Assembly (NCBI RefSeq): GCF_018350175.1
Contig: NC_058368.1
Coordinates: forward strand, 237,338,001-237,402,000
Direction: 5' to 3'
Length of the DNA: 64,000 nucleotides
Origin: Felis catus
Lineage: Eukaryota
The position numbers and the translations under genes were made by a program. Within the stretch, counting starts at the first letter, position 1; every line of letters starts with the position of its first letter. The notes below the pieces were generated by a model that worked only from the letters and a program-made list of their open reading frames with translations, was not told the origin of the DNA and did not search any database. Shown here piece after piece: positions 1-13,088 of this stretch.

Positions 1-1734
1 GAGCCGCACTTGATTCTTCTGTGTTTTGAAGGGACTGGCTTTTGTGTTCAATACTCTAAAAAAAAAAAATAAAGTCTTCTTTTCATTTCAGTAAGCCATA
101 CATGTTTTATCTTTTAATTGCCCAAAATGTTAGCACAATTTCATTCTACATAAAGCCAATATTTATCCTAGCATAAATATTATCCAGGGATGTTTGGGGT
201 AATCTATAATGCACAGGCATGCAGCTTCAAGGACGATTAGTACAAGTGTACTTGAAATCCGGCCGCGGATGCTCATGGGCCCCACCTCATTTTTCTTTGC
301 ATCTTGCCCTAAAGAATAATGATCCTTACTCCTCAATAGCACTGCATTGCCAGAAAATCTGATGTACTGATGCTAAGGTCCTCGGTTCCAGGAATACTCA
401 TTTGCAAGGGTGGTACACATTGGCAGGATGGTCTCAGGGCCTCAAATGATGTGGGTAAACATACACCTTGGAAAGAAGCTCATTTGAACTCATTTTAAAA
501 AGCAACATGTTAGCTCGTTTTGGGGGGCGGGTCTTCACTGCTTATTTCATAAAAACATTTCAGGCAAAATTCGCTGTGGCTTGGAGTAGCTCTGCGTCTC
601 TCCCACAGGGCAGGGCAAAATTCAAAGCTCCATGGTAGCCGACGGGAGAACCATCCAGAATATTTCCTTGGCACATCTAGGTCAAACTCTCGATTTTCTT
701 GCCCCGAACCGCTTATGAGTAAAGTAGCTGTGAAACCTTTGTCATACAGGAGCGAATGTGTGCACCTGCAGCCCGGCGTGCAGGCACCAGACCCGCAAAG
801 CTGTGCGTCGCCTCTCTGCCTTCCTCTCCTAGCAGCCTGGGACCCCTGGGCTGGAAGGGCAGGTGCCGCGCTGTCTGGCTCAGAGTCCCAAACATCCTGC
901 CTGCCAGGCTCCACTTCACTTACACGTCCCTGTTGGGGCTCTCTGGGGCGTGCGTGGGAGCCTGGAACTTTTCATCAGCAAAATGTCTTTCGCCCTTCTT
1001 TCTGCACTTACTTAGAAATTGAATGAAGGGTTTTTGCTGTTATTGGTGTTGTTTGTCTTAGAATTAAGTTTTTTATCAGATTGCTCATGTTTGATTCAGT
1101 AATAAGGCAACAAAGTAATATACGAGATTTAAGCCAAGAATCAAATAGATTCTTAATTATGTGGAAAACAGACACATATGTGTCCCAAAGTGTTAGGTCT
1201 TTCTGGTCTCCATCTACGGCTCCCTGCGAGGGCGTGGCTGCTTTGCCCACACAGGTGGATGGACGGGTTTGGAGATCAGGCAGCAACAGGGTCAAGTCTC
1301 AGGAAAACCCCTTGGACGCCAGGTAAACGGGCAGTGGAGGACTTAGCCCCTGGACGCAGCACCCAGTTCTGCAATGTGTCAGTGGAGGGGTTTTCCATGG
1401 TGATTGTGGTTTCCTATGTCATGGTACAAAGCCCACTGGTAATCATCTCATGCCATGGGTAGCAGTCTTTTTGTTTTAAAAAATTGTTAAATTCCCACAT
1501 TTTAAAATTCAAGTGGGAACCCACACAGTTTGTCTCAATAAAGCAGCTCGTCAGGAAGTAAGCCTGTGGCCCTCAGGGCTCCATCACGGTCAGCAGTTTT
1601 CAGGTTTTTGTGAGCAGTTTATTTGTATGGGTTAATAGTTCATAACTTTCATTACTTATTACGGATTTTTCCAAGAACAACGAAAAATGTGCCTATTTGA
1701 AAACAATATTCATTGTTATGTGCTAATGTTATTT

Positions 1735-1942
1735 ACAATTATTTTTTAAGGGGGGGGGGGAGAGAGAGAGAGAGAGTGAGTATGAGTCGTGGAAGGGCAG
1801 AGAGAGAGGGAGACTGAGAATCCAAAGCAGGCTCCACACTCAGCACAGAGTCCAATGCAGGGCCAATCCCAGGACCCTGGGATCATGACCAGAGCTGAAA
1901 TCAAGAGTTGGACACTCAAGGACTGAGCCACCCAGGCGCCCC
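1735..1942 (-). mobile_element. Can-SINE (older carnivore SINEC subfamily)
   Basis: Ends in ctgagccacccaggcgcccc (reverse complement of the SINE 5' head); (GA)n body and T-rich tail on the left. Confidence 0.92.
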
Positions 1943-2223
1943 TACTGTTATTTTTTTAATGGAAAAGGATTCCTTTCACCTTGCAGGTACCATTTAGATC
2001 ATTTGGTCCCTTTCATGAAGTCCAAACTAACAGTTGGGACCTTAGTGACCTTTTTCCTGTATCTTGAAGCAATTCACTATTTTAACATTCCAGGAACAAT
2101 TTCATCTTTTTTTCACTGTTTCCAACACTGCTTAAAAACCCTGAAGCATTAAGAATGGAAGAACGATGAGATCAGCTGGGAAAAGTTGAAAAACAATGTA
2201 ATAAACCACTATTACCTCATCCA

Positions 2224-2270
2224 TGTGTGTGCCTGTGAGTGTGTGTGCGTGTGTGTGCGAATGTGTGTGC
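2224..2270. repeat. Imperfect (TG)n microsatellite
   Basis: tgtgtgtgcctgtgagtgtgtgtgcgtgtgtgtgcg. Confidence 0.85.
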
Positions 2271-2470
2271 GCTGTCCAAAATATTGGGTCACTTTTCCAG
2301 GAGATATAAAACTGACTCAAGATACTTTCTCTGTAGTTCGTTTTTAGTTTCACTAAACATGTTTAAGGATTCAGAATTTTCCAGATTCTGCCTAAAGTGG
2401 TAGACAGTAAAGCAGTAAAAGGGAATATGTTTCATAATCACACAAACTAGAGAGTTAATATAAAGGCACC

Positions 2471-2615
2471 GGGGCGCTGGGTGACTCAGTCTGTTGAGCT
2501 CCCAACTCTTGATCTCAGCTCAGGTCACGATTTCATGGTTTGTAAGATCAAACCCTGCGTAGGGTTCTGTGCTGATGGCTCAGAGCCTGCTTAGGATTCT
2601 CTGTCTCCCCAGCTC
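2471..2615 (+). mobile_element. Can-SINE, diverged, 3' part replaced by a microsatellite
   Basis: ggggcgctgggtgactcagtctgttgagc...ctcaggtcacgat...agagcctgcttaggattctctgtctccc. Confidence 0.88.
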
Positions 2616-2616
2616 A

Positions 2617-2675
<59 letters not shown>
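2617..2675. repeat. (TA)n(CA)n compound microsatellite
   Basis: atatatatatatacacacacac... directly visible. Confidence 0.95.
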
Positions 2676-3525
2676 GATGTCAGCTCTCTGAGATCTCAGA
2701 ACATGCTGATTCTTCAGTGTCCTAAATACATTTTCTCAAGCTGAGAATCAATACATGAGCCATGTATGTCTATGTGTGTTCATATGTATGTCCACAGACA
2801 AAGAGGACATCTGCTGTTTTCCCCAGGTTAGCCACCAAAGGAGAGCACAGCCAACTGGGACCAGAACTTGTAGCATCCTGTTCTGCAAAATGAAAACATT
2901 ATGGAATCTTTGTGACAGTTCAAATGATGCTTGTCCACAATTCATTTAGCATTTTTCTTACCTGGACAAAAGGTAGGCATGCACACAAAACAATTGGAAG
3001 GAAATAGATGTTGTAAAAATGAAAAAAAAAGTCATTGGATTTATTCCGTCAATTAATGATTATAAAACTGAAAATGAAAATTACTTACAATTATGGGGCA
3101 AAGAAGATGGCTGTCTCGCTCTCCAAGAAAGTGAGGAGCCGTCAAAAATTTCAAAAAAAAATCAAAGCACCCCTTAAAGTGTGCTTTCAAGATGCAAACA
3201 AGAGGGCAGAACAAGGAACGCAGTTAAGCGAGGGAGAATCTAGGGAGTATTTACGATCTGAAGTCAGATCTTACAGGGAGGTTTCATTCCGGATTTGTAC
3301 AAGGCTTATGAGCAGAGAGTGTGTTCGTAGGACTTTACCCATTTCGCTCACTTAGACCCTGAAGCTCGGAAAACATGGAATCAAAATGTGAATTTGTTAT
3401 GTGAAAATTCTTTTTTTTTTTTTTTTGGTTAATGGAAAAAAGTGTTAAGTAACTTTTAATATCAGAAAAATAAAACTCTTAATATTCTCTTTGCAGCAAA
3501 TATAAAATATCAGTGGTTTGGCCAT

Positions 3526-3728
3526 ATTTTTTTAATGTGTGTTTATTTTTGAGAGAGAGATAGAGCGTGAATGAGGGAGGGGCAGAGAGAGAGGGAGACA
3601 AAATCCTGAGCAGGCTCCAGACTCTGAGCTGTCAGCACAGTGCCCGAAGTGGGGCTCGAACTCATAAACCACGAGATCATGACCTGAGCCAAAGTTGGAG
3701 GCTCAACCCACTGAGCCACCTAGCTGCC
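3526..3728 (-). mobile_element. Can-SINE (SINEC_Fc-like)
   Basis: Full SINE body; TSD cagtg(g/c)tttggccat on both sides. Confidence 0.93.
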
Positions 3729-4541
3729 CAGTGCTTTGGCCATCTTAAGTTAAAGGTCCTTTATCACAAAACATATGTTTTTAAACTTGACTCAAATTGG
3801 GTATATAATCCCTACAACTTCTCTCTATATAAATAAGAGTGTAGTGAAATTAGCAAAACCAGACTATATTGATAATTTATCATTTGTAGTCTGTGGTTTT
3901 TAGAAACAGTGCACGCATCTGATATATGTCACCTCCTTGGTTTATTGTTGCAGTGTGCAACGCAGCAAAATACAAAATACGTGCTCAGTGAGCTCTCACT
4001 CATATGGTTAAGACAGCAGCTAAAGATCAGGCTTCAAAACTGACATTTAACTATTCTGCAAGCAATCAACACGGCATCATAATATGCCATCAAGGCCATT
4101 TTTTATACTGAAAAAGAAAGTAAAAACTATTATCTGTAACCTTGTATAGGAAATGCAACTCTTCAAGTGCAAATCAAAAAATAAAACCTGTCTATTTACT
4201 ATTCAATTACGCATAGGATTTTCAGTTTTTGTTATATTGAGAAAAAAAGCTCTTTTGTGTTGGGAAAGTAACATTTCAAAACATAATCGGTAGAAACACA
4301 CACCAGGATAATGTCTTGTCCTTTTATGCCAGCACGGAGTTGGGAACACACTGGGGGGGCGGGGGGTTATAGACATCACAGGTGAAATGTAAAAGTGTAT
4401 CATAAAGAAATCTTCCTTTGTGATTGAAAATTCTTCTCATCGTACATTATTTATAAAATGGCTTAAAATATGAAAATTAAAAAAAAAGGAAAAGGGTCTG
4501 TCGAACCAAGATGATAAAGGATGGTAACTGTTCTTCTTGAG

Positions 4542-4618
4542 TGTGTGAGTCAGGGTTCTCCAGAGAAGCAATGAGATATATGTTCTATCTACCTATCTTC
4601 CTATCTATCATCTATCTC

Positions 4619-4651
<33 letters not shown>

Positions 4652-5441
4652 CGTCTTTCTATCTGCCTATCATCTATCATCTATCTATCCATCCACTTAT
4701 CTATCTATCCATCTATTATCTATCTTTCTATCATCTATCTATTATCTATCTATCTATCCAACTATCTATTATCTATCTATCTATCTATCCATCCATCTAT
4801 CTGTCCTTCTGTCTACCTGCCTATCATCTATCATCTATCTACCCATCCACTTGTCTATCTGTCTACCTATCATCTATTTATCTATCATCTATCAACCCAT
4901 CCATCTTTCCATCCATCTGTCCATCTGTCTCTATCCATCTATCTGAATTTCTATCTGCCTATTTATTATCTATATATCTATCTATCCACCTATCTATCTA
5001 TCCTTGTATAAAAATATTTATTCCAATAAATTGGCTCCTCTGATTATGGGAGAGTTCCAAGATCTTCAGCCAGTAAGCTGGAAGCCTAGGAGAGCCAGCA
5101 GCCTAGTTCCAGTCCAAGTTTGAAGGGCTGAGAAGCAGGAGATCCCACGGTGTGAGTTCCAGTCTGAGTCCAAGTCTGAAGGCAGGAGAAGACTGATGTC
5201 CCAGCTTGAAGATCACCAGGCAGAGAGCGTTCTCCCTCATTCAGCTTGTTCTTTTCAGGTGCCCAACAGACGGTATGAGGCCTACCCACACTGGGGATAA
5301 TAGTCTATACTTACTCAGTCTACTGATTTAAATATTAACCTCATCCAGAGACCTACTCACAGACACACTCAAAATAATGTTTAGCCAAATTTCTGGGTGT
5401 CCCGTGGCCCAGTCAAGTCAACAGTAAAATGGAGGCTCTCA
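4542..5441 (-). mobile_element. MLT2-type ERVL solo LTR with internal (TCTA)n expansion
   Basis: Starts tgtgtgagtcagggttctccagagaa and ends ...ccgtggcccagtcaagtcaaca, matching reverse-complemented MLT2 termini. Confidence 0.85.
4583..5003. repeat. Degenerate (TCTA/TCCA/TCA)n tetranucleotide array, about 420 bp
   Basis: ctatctatctatcatctatccatcc repeated; source of the spurious ORF 4541-5011. Confidence 0.95.
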
Positions 5442-5559
5442 CTAAGGGTTCATGGCATCTGAAAAGGGAAACTTCAAGGTCTGTTCAGTGGTTTCAGGAC
5501 ACTCTGCCCCTAAAATCACATGCACTGGAACAGGAGGTGTGTAGAACAGGCATTAGAAA

Positions 5560-5601
5560 TTTACGTTTAACTTTACATTTAACTTTACATTTAACTTTAC
5601 A
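5560..5601. repeat. 12-bp tandem repeat (tttacatttaac) x3.5
   Basis: tttacgtttaac tttacatttaac tttacatttaac tttaca. Confidence 0.85.
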
Positions 5602-7486
5602 GCCATAACCCACTGGAGTGTGTAGTTTACCTGCCAATTTACAGGGGACTAAGGCGGAGGGACATTCAATCAAGGCACAAGGGAGCTCACCTCACGGAGG
5701 ACATAAAAATAATGAGTGTGAATGTGGCCCATACGACAGAAATTCAGAGTTATTAGAACAAAGCCCAGTCCCAAATGGGTACTCAATAAATATCTGTGAG
5801 AAGAAGTGGTATGGAAGGAAAGAAGGAAGAGGGGAGTTAGGGAGGCAGGCAAGAGGGAGGGAGGAAGATGGGGAACCAAGTGGACCTTGGATAAGATGAA
5901 CTTGGTCATTGGGTAAAGGGAATACCCTTGAGTCTTGGGTCAGAAAGACGTAAAATTATTCAAAACAATTATCCAGCAGGTAGCAGATTTGAACACTCAT
6001 TCTTGCAAGGGAACTAGAGGCTATCGGCTGGGAGTAGAATATCAATTAGCATACAGCAGGCTTAGAAGAGATAAAGGCATGTAGGCATTCCTGTCTTGTG
6101 TGCAACACAACGCCAGGTCCTGTGCCTCCCCTCAGAGAATGGAGTCCCGTGCCTGCCTGAAGATATGCATGGAGTGTGGGCGGGCCTCGGCCTCCATGGG
6201 TCTCCACAACCCTCCTCTGCATGTTCAGCACTCGGATGTGGCCAGAGAAGACGGCCCAAGCCCTGCCTTCCTCACTTCCCCCTGACTGTTATTACAACAG
6301 CTCTGAGGCCTGGTCCCCAACCTTTGAGCCTGCTCCTACCCCTGCGCCAGGCCGTCGGTCCTCCTCATCATCTCCCTCCCAGTGTTTCCATCTTGTTCTC
6401 ACGTCTCGTGACTCCAGTCGCTCTTCCACACATTTTCATTCAAGATTTGCTCACCCTCCTCTGGCTTTCTATTACTCTGCAGGGAATTCCTGCCATCTGT
6501 CAACTCTTTTTACTTTGGTTTGCTAACAAAACAAAGCCCCACATGTCACTTTGAGGAGCCTCAACTAGAGTCTTCAATTCCCAGACCTTGGGGGCCAGAG
6601 GCTGTCTGGACGGGGCAGGCTGGGGTGCTGAGCTGAATGCTCCTGTGGTTAGTGGAAAGGTCATGACAGCTGTCTGGGCGTTTTGAGTGAGGCCAATGCA
6701 GTGGCACGTCAGAGTCAAGAGGCTGTACCGAAGAATAACTCAGGGTCAGAATTCAAGGCCGGAGTTGAGACACACTTTCTGAGAATTAAGTAAGCCCCCA
6801 GCCAGCGTGGGCCCTTCCCTGAGCACAAGGACCATCCCCCTAGACTGTGCCCACGTTCATATGTTTTATAAAGTGTCCAAAAGTAAGACATCTTCGATTA
6901 TTTTTATTGGCGGTCCCCAGATTGCCCAGGATCAGGGGACGGATTTAGTGGGTTTATTCCCCTGCTCCAGCCACTGGCTCGTGTGCGTCCAGCCTCAGGT
7001 CTACATGCTCACACCTGTTCTCTTTGTGTTCACCGGATGCCAGGCCTCTCCACCCCTTCTGGTTCTTTGCACACAGTAGGCACACAACAAGAATTGGTTG
7101 ACTGAGGAGATTCACGTCACTGAAATAAAACACTGTGGTTTAGCAAGTCCTTTAAAAGGACAGCTTCTGGACAGTGGGATCAGGTGGGATTAATGGTCTT
7201 TCCCCACCTGATTGCTTTCTGATTTGCTTTGAACTAGGAGAATAGACGGGCGCAGAAAGCCCGCTTCGTTTTTTCAAAGTAATGGAATTTTATTTGGGTT
7301 TTCAAGATTCTAAGGAGAATAAATACATCTTCGATGAAGATGTATGGGCTGGAAAAGCAAGGTGCCTGAAACCTTACTCCCACTCCCTCTCCCAATCAGT
7401 TACAACAACTGAATGCTTTCTTTAAAAAAAAAAAGTTTTAAAAGTACTGTGTATAGAACAAATACTTGTGCACCAAAATATTTAAA

Positions 7487-7698
7487 ATTTTTTTTAAAAT
7501 TAATAGTTCATTTATTTTGAGAGAGACAGAGTGTGAGTGGGGCAGGAGCAGAGAGAGAGGGAGACAGAGAATGTGAAACAGCCTCCAGGCTCTGAGCTGT
7601 CAGCACGGAGCCCAATGTGGGGCTCAAACGCAGGACGCGCGAGCTCATGACCTAGGCTGAAGTCAGACACTTAGCTGACTGAGCCACCCAGGCGCCCC
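7487..7698 (-). mobile_element. Can-SINE (SINEC_Fc-like)
   Basis: Full body ending gagccacccaggcgcccc; degenerate TSD ttgt..cca.gatattt. Confidence 0.93.
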
Positions 7699-7932
7699 TT
7701 GTACCCCAAGATATTTTAAGTGCATTGTGAAAACATGAACTTGCAAAATTAATTAATTGGTCATTAAAGGGGGGAAAAAAACCTAAGTGAGAATTTAAAA
7801 CTCCATACAGTAGTCAATTCCCATAAAGGCCAACGTCACACATTTTCACCGGTAAACATATAATCTGCTTTCTTGATGGCCAAGGTCTGGTTTAAAAGTG
7901 TGCTGCACGTTTCCTTCTCTCTCTGAGGCGCT

Positions 7933-8341
7933 GGACTGGGGTAAACAGTGTCCTCCCAAAAGTCACGCCCAAGTGGAGCATCCGAATGAGGTCCTGTTTG
8001 GAATCGGTGTGTGGGCAGAAATGGTCAGCTAAGCCGGGCCCCATGCTGGAGCAAGGAGGTGAGGCCCAGATCCAGTGACTAGCGTCCCTGTAACAAGGTC
8101 AAGTGAAAACATGGGCACAGAGACACAGAAGGAGGAGGCCGCGTGAAGATAGAGGCAGGGCTTGAAGTGATGTGATCACAAGTCGGGAACACCAGCACCC
8201 GCCAGCAGCTGGAAGGCGCGGGAAGGTTCCTCCCCTAGACCTCAGCTCCGGGACACCTTGATGGGGGACTTCTGACTCCAGGCTGACAGAATAAACCCCA
8301 GTGTGTGGCCTTGTGTTCCTGTGGCCCCGGGAAACCGAGCA
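7933..8341 (+). mobile_element. MLT1 (MaLR) solo LTR, MLT1B/C-like
   Basis: gtgtcctcccaaaa...gaggtcctgtttggaa...acacagaaggaggaggccgcgtgaagatagaggcag...gacaccttgat..gacttctgactccag...aataaa...gggaaaccgagca. Confidence 0.75.
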
Positions 8342-8879
8342 AGCCACGTGCTCCTGCACACGGCCCGCCCCTCAGCCACCGGCTCCTTTGCAGGGAAGCC
8401 CTGGGGGCCTCAGTGGAGCTTTTGTGCCACGTGCTCGCAGAATCACACAGCTCCTGAGCTGCCCGCGTGGGGCGGGTGGGCTGGTGGGGCGAAGAGCTGA
8501 CCCCCAGATTGTTCGCAGAGGGCATCCCTCAGGACACGGCAGCTCAGGGCCACGATGGGGGACTCATCCCGAGTTGGGGGACGTTCAGCTGCAGGGGAGC
8601 AGAAAAGCCCAGCCAGGAAGGAGCATTGGCCCGGGGCCCTCCTGTGCCCGGGGGGGTGTGGGGCCAGGCTGCAGCTGCCCACCATAGTGGGGCCTCTCCT
8701 GGCCACGTGCAGAGTGAGGACGATAGGGACCCTCCCAGCACGGCTCTGCTATGCAGGCCCAGTGAGGGGAGACCGCAGGGCCCAAGGGGCGTGGGGCACG
8801 TGGCGCACAGGCGGGCGGGGGGTGTTTGAGGCCCAACACCTCATTCACTTGCAAGTTCAATTCCCAGGCTTGGGGACTT

Positions 8880-8902
8880 AAAAAAAAAAAAAAAAAAAAA
8901 AA
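8880..8902. repeat. Poly(A) tract (23 nt)
   Basis: Uninterrupted A run with no recognisable retroelement attached. Confidence 0.9.
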
Positions 8903-10896
8903 GGTTTCTTTCTGGAGGCATGACTGCTTGGATCAAGTCTTTTCTGCCTTAGCATTTTCTTTTTAACCTAAGTCGTCAGGAGGACTGATTGTGCATCTCT
9001 CTGTCTCACCTCCCCTAGGGCTGTAATTTGCTTAATACTCTTAGCGCTGACCTGGAACAGCTGGAGGGAATGGCTTAGTCGGCCAGGCCCCCAACTTCGG
9101 GCGTTGAGAGCAGGCTCCAGAGCAGACTGCCCGGGCAGCAGGGGGAGGGGACAAATCCTGTTGGGTCACAGTGGTCTCAGAGTGTGGACCTCTTCCAGAA
9201 GACCCCTGAGTCACGCACACGCCTCCTGGGGCTGCCCCCGGAAAGGCCAGGGAGCCAGGACGCCCCGCAGTCAGTAGTGAAGCTGGCAAAGGCCCCGCAG
9301 AGACTGCAGAATGTTCCAGAAGAATCTGGAAATGTGCTGGGCAAACCCCAGGAGCATTTTCATGGGGATTTATTTTGTGTGACACGTCTGGACAAGACCA
9401 AGTGTCTAAAGCACACAAGTGCACAGAACGTTGGCAACGAATACACAGTTCTTCCTCCTTGGGCATCCTTCTTTGCCTTGACCTCTGTGCTCAACACACA
9501 CCACGCATCGTTGCATCTTTGCACCAGTGCAGAGCCCCATTGTCTCCCGGGACAGCTCAGGCGCAATCCCAGGTTTTCACCATACGTTGGAAATAATCCA
9601 CAAGGCACTGTGGTGACACTTAGGTCGGGGTTGGAAACCATGACTGACAGGCTAGCTGGGCCTGCCGTGTAGAGTTTATTACACGTATCTACTTGGCTTC
9701 ATTTGCTTAATTAGACTCCCGGCTAACCAAAAGTCGCATAATAACAGGCTGCATCATGATGGAGTTCTTCTGTAGAACCAAATTAATATTTGTATCTCAA
9801 GTTATAAGTAAGTATTATAAAGACCACATTTTTAAGCCAGAGGATTAAAATCCTTTGCATAGCTTTTCCCACAGATGATGTTTTTAAAATTTGTCATACT
9901 AAGCTCACGAGTACTGTGTGCATTATTTTTAAATAAACACATGCCCCACATGAGAGGTGCCAGCTGGGAAAATTTTGATCGGACGAGGGATCGAGGCTGT
10001 GTGGGGGGAATTGGAATCAGGGAGGAAGTCTAGTCCAGCAGGAGTCTGATTGGGTGGATATCACACCCTTTACTCTTTGGTCAAATTATCCGGTGTTTCC
10101 GACCAGTTTGCATCATCCTCGCTGCTGGCTAGACCGACAATCAGAGGCATCGGTGCTTTTATGCTTTTATGCTGATCTTGTCTTTATTTAGAGTCACGAT
10201 GCTTTATCATGGAATTTTCTGGCAATGAGGTGTTTTTTTTTTAATATTGCCCTAGAATATTAATTACTTTGATGACTGAATATGTTGGCACCTCCTTGAT
10301 TCTGAGCAAAGTGTGCGGAGCTGGGAGGAAGGCTACGTGTTTGCACGGCTCAGGGCTGGTCAGGCGCCTAAGTTGGCCTGGTGCCAGGGCTTGGGTACGA
10401 GGCTAGGATCCAGCTCTATGTCCGTGGTGTCCAGCCACCTCCTCGTTGGTGAAGCAACTTGGACCCGTGATGTTGAAGAGCACGTCACATTCATGTCCTT
10501 CTTTTTTGTACTTTATGTCCAACAGCCTTAAAATATCCTTCCAGAATTCTAGAAGATAAATCAGCAAAATGAGCTATTCAGATCTGTGATGTTTAGATAG
10601 TTTTACCATCATAAACCCTGGAGAAATGATGAAGTTCAGTGTGTAGAAAAATGTTTGATTGAATCCATTGTTTCCAGAACAATCCTTACATTAATTATAA
10701 TGTTATTGTTCTTTACTGACATCACTCTAGCTAAATGCAAATTAAAACCGTCTTCCTTTTAAAGTCCATGGAATACAGTACACAAAGTGACAATCCATTA
10801 TCAATCTATAGTGATTGTTAACTTTATAAATAACTAACGCTCTCCCTTGAAAGGACAGAGATAAGAAATTTTAGTGACATTCGTCTACTCATTTCT

Positions 10897-11001
10897 ATAT
10901 TCATTCACTTATTATCAAATGTTTCTTGAGTGCTTACCATGTGCCAGCAACTGTACTGAGGGTCTGTACAAAAAGACAGATTTTACCTTCATGCAGCTTA
11001 C
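10897..11001 (-). mobile_element. L2 3'-end fragment
   Basis: tcattcacttattatcaaatgtttcttgagtgcttaccatgtgccagcaactgtact, typical L2 tail in reverse complement. Confidence 0.65.
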
Positions 11002-11814
11002 CCCTGTACAGCCCTACACTATTCTATAAGATTCAGCTCTGAATGTTTTTAGCAGCTCTTCTAAATGTTTGTTCAGACAATGTAGAGCAATAATATTTAT
11101 ATTAATAGATCTCTTCTCAAAATATGCATGAAATATGTTACACACACAAACCCCTGCTTGCACCAGTGGGGGAAAGTGTTAAAATGTAGAAAATGGGAAT
11201 TTTGAAAGATATTCATCAGCAAACCACCCATAAGAACATTAGGGAAAGGAGAAAGTAAGTGATAGAAACACTGGATTTCAGGGTGGCTGGTCTTATGAAT
11301 TCTTTTGCCTACTTCTAGTCCATTCATTTGTATCTCTTTGGTTATATTGCTAAGGCAGAGATCATATGTAAATATCTGGTAATGAGCTAGACTCACTCCA
11401 TTTCTCATCTATAAATGTATTACTGTGGTACATTACCTAATAGTTTGGTGCGCTAAAAAAATTAATAATAAACCAACAAAACATAATGGAATCCTTCATC
11501 TGTTTCCATAATGTTATGAAGCCTTCATTACTAGAACACGATGGGACCTAATGTGAAGGGGGAAAATGAAGTCAGGGGGCACTCCCTTCTGTGGGTGGGA
11601 CACGTATTCATGGAGAAGGACCAGCATCACGGTTTGTCATGGGAAAGGTTACTATTAGAAGAAAAATATTTGGTAGCTCCCAGCATTCAACTGGATTAAA
11701 TCCTTAAGTAGGATTTCATTATTTAAGGCATAAAACACTGGACATTTAGATACTCTGTGAATAAATTAGAATTGGTTCATGAAATTTTAAAAATTCCGGA
11801 AGTAAAAATGGTCA

Positions 11815-12150
11815 TTTTTTAGCCCCAGTGTCCTCATCTTTAAAGTTATGGATTGGGGGGGGGCGCCTGGGTGGCTCAGTCGGTTAAGCAGCCGACTTCG
11901 GCTCAGGTCATGATCTCGCGGTCCGTGAGTTTGAGCCCCGCGTCGGGCTCTGTGCTGACAGCTCCGAGCCTGGAGCCTGTTTCAGATTCTGTGTCTCCCT
12001 CTCTCTGATCCTCCCCCGTTCATGCTTTTTCTCTCTCTGTCTCAAAAATAAATAAACGTTAAAAAGAAATAAAATAAAATAAAAAAATAAAGTTATGAAT
12101 TGGCACTAGATGCTTTCTAAAATCTTGCCCAATACAAAAAAATCTATACT
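11815..12150 (+). mobile_element. MIR/MIR3 fragment split by a Can-SINE
   Basis: cagtgtcctcatctttaaa [SINE] ttggcactagatgctttctaaaatcttgcccaatac resembles the MIR core and MIR3 tail. Confidence 0.5.
11857..12087 (+). mobile_element. Can-SINE (SINEC_Fc2-like), young
   Basis: ggggcgcctgggtggctcagtcggttaag...aaaaataaataaacgttaaaa; TSD taaagttatg(g/a)attgg at 11841-11856 and 12088-12103. Confidence 0.97.
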
Positions 12151-12241
12151 TTAATATTTCTTAGTAGACGAAAGATGATTAAAACATTTTCTGTATAAAA
12201 TAGCTCTAGAATTACTTTTTCATAGTTGTTGTACAATATAA

Positions 12242-12828
12242 TTTTTTAAATTTAAATTCAAGTTAGGTAACATAAAGTGTAGTCTTGGTTTCAGGAGTAG
12301 AACCCAGTGATTCATCTCTTAAATATGACATCAGTGCTCATCCCAACAAGGGCCCTCCTTAATGCCCATCACCCATTTAGCCCATACCCCACCTACCTCC
12401 CTTTCCATCAACCCTCAGTTTGTTCTCTATACTTAAGAGTCTCTTATAGTTTGCCTCCCTCTCTGTTTTTATCTTATTTTTCCTTCCCTTCCCCTATGTT
12501 CGTTTGGTTTCTTAAATTCCACATATGAATGAAATCATGATATTTATCTTTCTCTGACTGACTTATTTTGCTTAGCATAATACACTCTAGTTCTACCCAC
12601 ATTGTTGCAAATGGCAAGATTTCATTCTTTTTCATCACCAAGTAGTATTCCATTGTATATAGATACCACATCTTCTTAATCCATTCATCAGTCGATGGAC
12701 AGTTGGGCTGTTTCCATAATTTGGCTATTGTTGACACCACTGATATAAACATTGGGGTGCATGTACCCCGTCGAATCAGCATTTTTGTATCCTTTGGATA
12801 AATATCTAGTAGTGCAATTGCCGAGTCA
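12242..12828 (-). mobile_element. 5'-truncated carnivore L1 (L1_Carn-type): ORF2 C-terminus plus 3' UTR
   Basis: ORF 12474-12836 (AIALLDIYPK...CTPMFI...WKQPNCPSTDEWIKKMWYLYTMEYY...NEILPFATMW) is the L1 ORF2 C-terminal region; carnivore 3' UTR and T-tail on the left. Confidence 0.95.
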
Positions 12829-12860
12829 AGCCACACTACATTTCAAGAAAATATTACCTG

Positions 12861-13088
12861 GGGGTGCCTGGGTGGCGCAGTCGGTTAAGCGTCCGACTTC
12901 AGCCAGGTCACAATCTCGCAGTCCGTGAGTTCGAGCCCCGCGTCAGGCTCTGGGCTGATGGCTCGGAGCCTGGAGCCTGTTTCCGATTCTGTGTCTCCCT
13001 CCCTCTCTGCCCCTCCCCCATTCATGCTCTGTCTCTCTCTGTCCCAAAAATAAATAAACGTTGAAAAAAAAAATTAAAAAAAAAAAAA
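12861..13088 (+). mobile_element. Can-SINE, youngest felid SINEC_Fc type
   Basis: Diagnostic gtggcgcagtcgg...cttcagccaggtcac and tgggctgatggctc; long A tail; perfect 16-bp TSD aagaaaatattacctg (12845-12860, 13089-13104). Confidence 0.97.

Noticed and set aside
4541..5011. 156-aa hydrophobic I/Y/L/S-rich ORF
   Set aside because: Translation of the (TCTA)n array inside an MLT2 LTR
5560..5601. Short direct repeats, possible CRISPR-like array
   Set aside because: Contiguous 12-bp tandem units without spacers in mammalian DNA
7307..7341. 35-nt exon-like segment (ttttcaag|...GAT|gtatgg, SKENKYIFDED)
   Set aside because: Weak splice sites; in this reading its phase leads to a stop in the next candidate exon; no independent support
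12474..12836. 120-aa ORF with a clear protein homologue
   Set aside because: L1 ORF2 C-terminal remnant of a truncated retrotransposon, not a host gene
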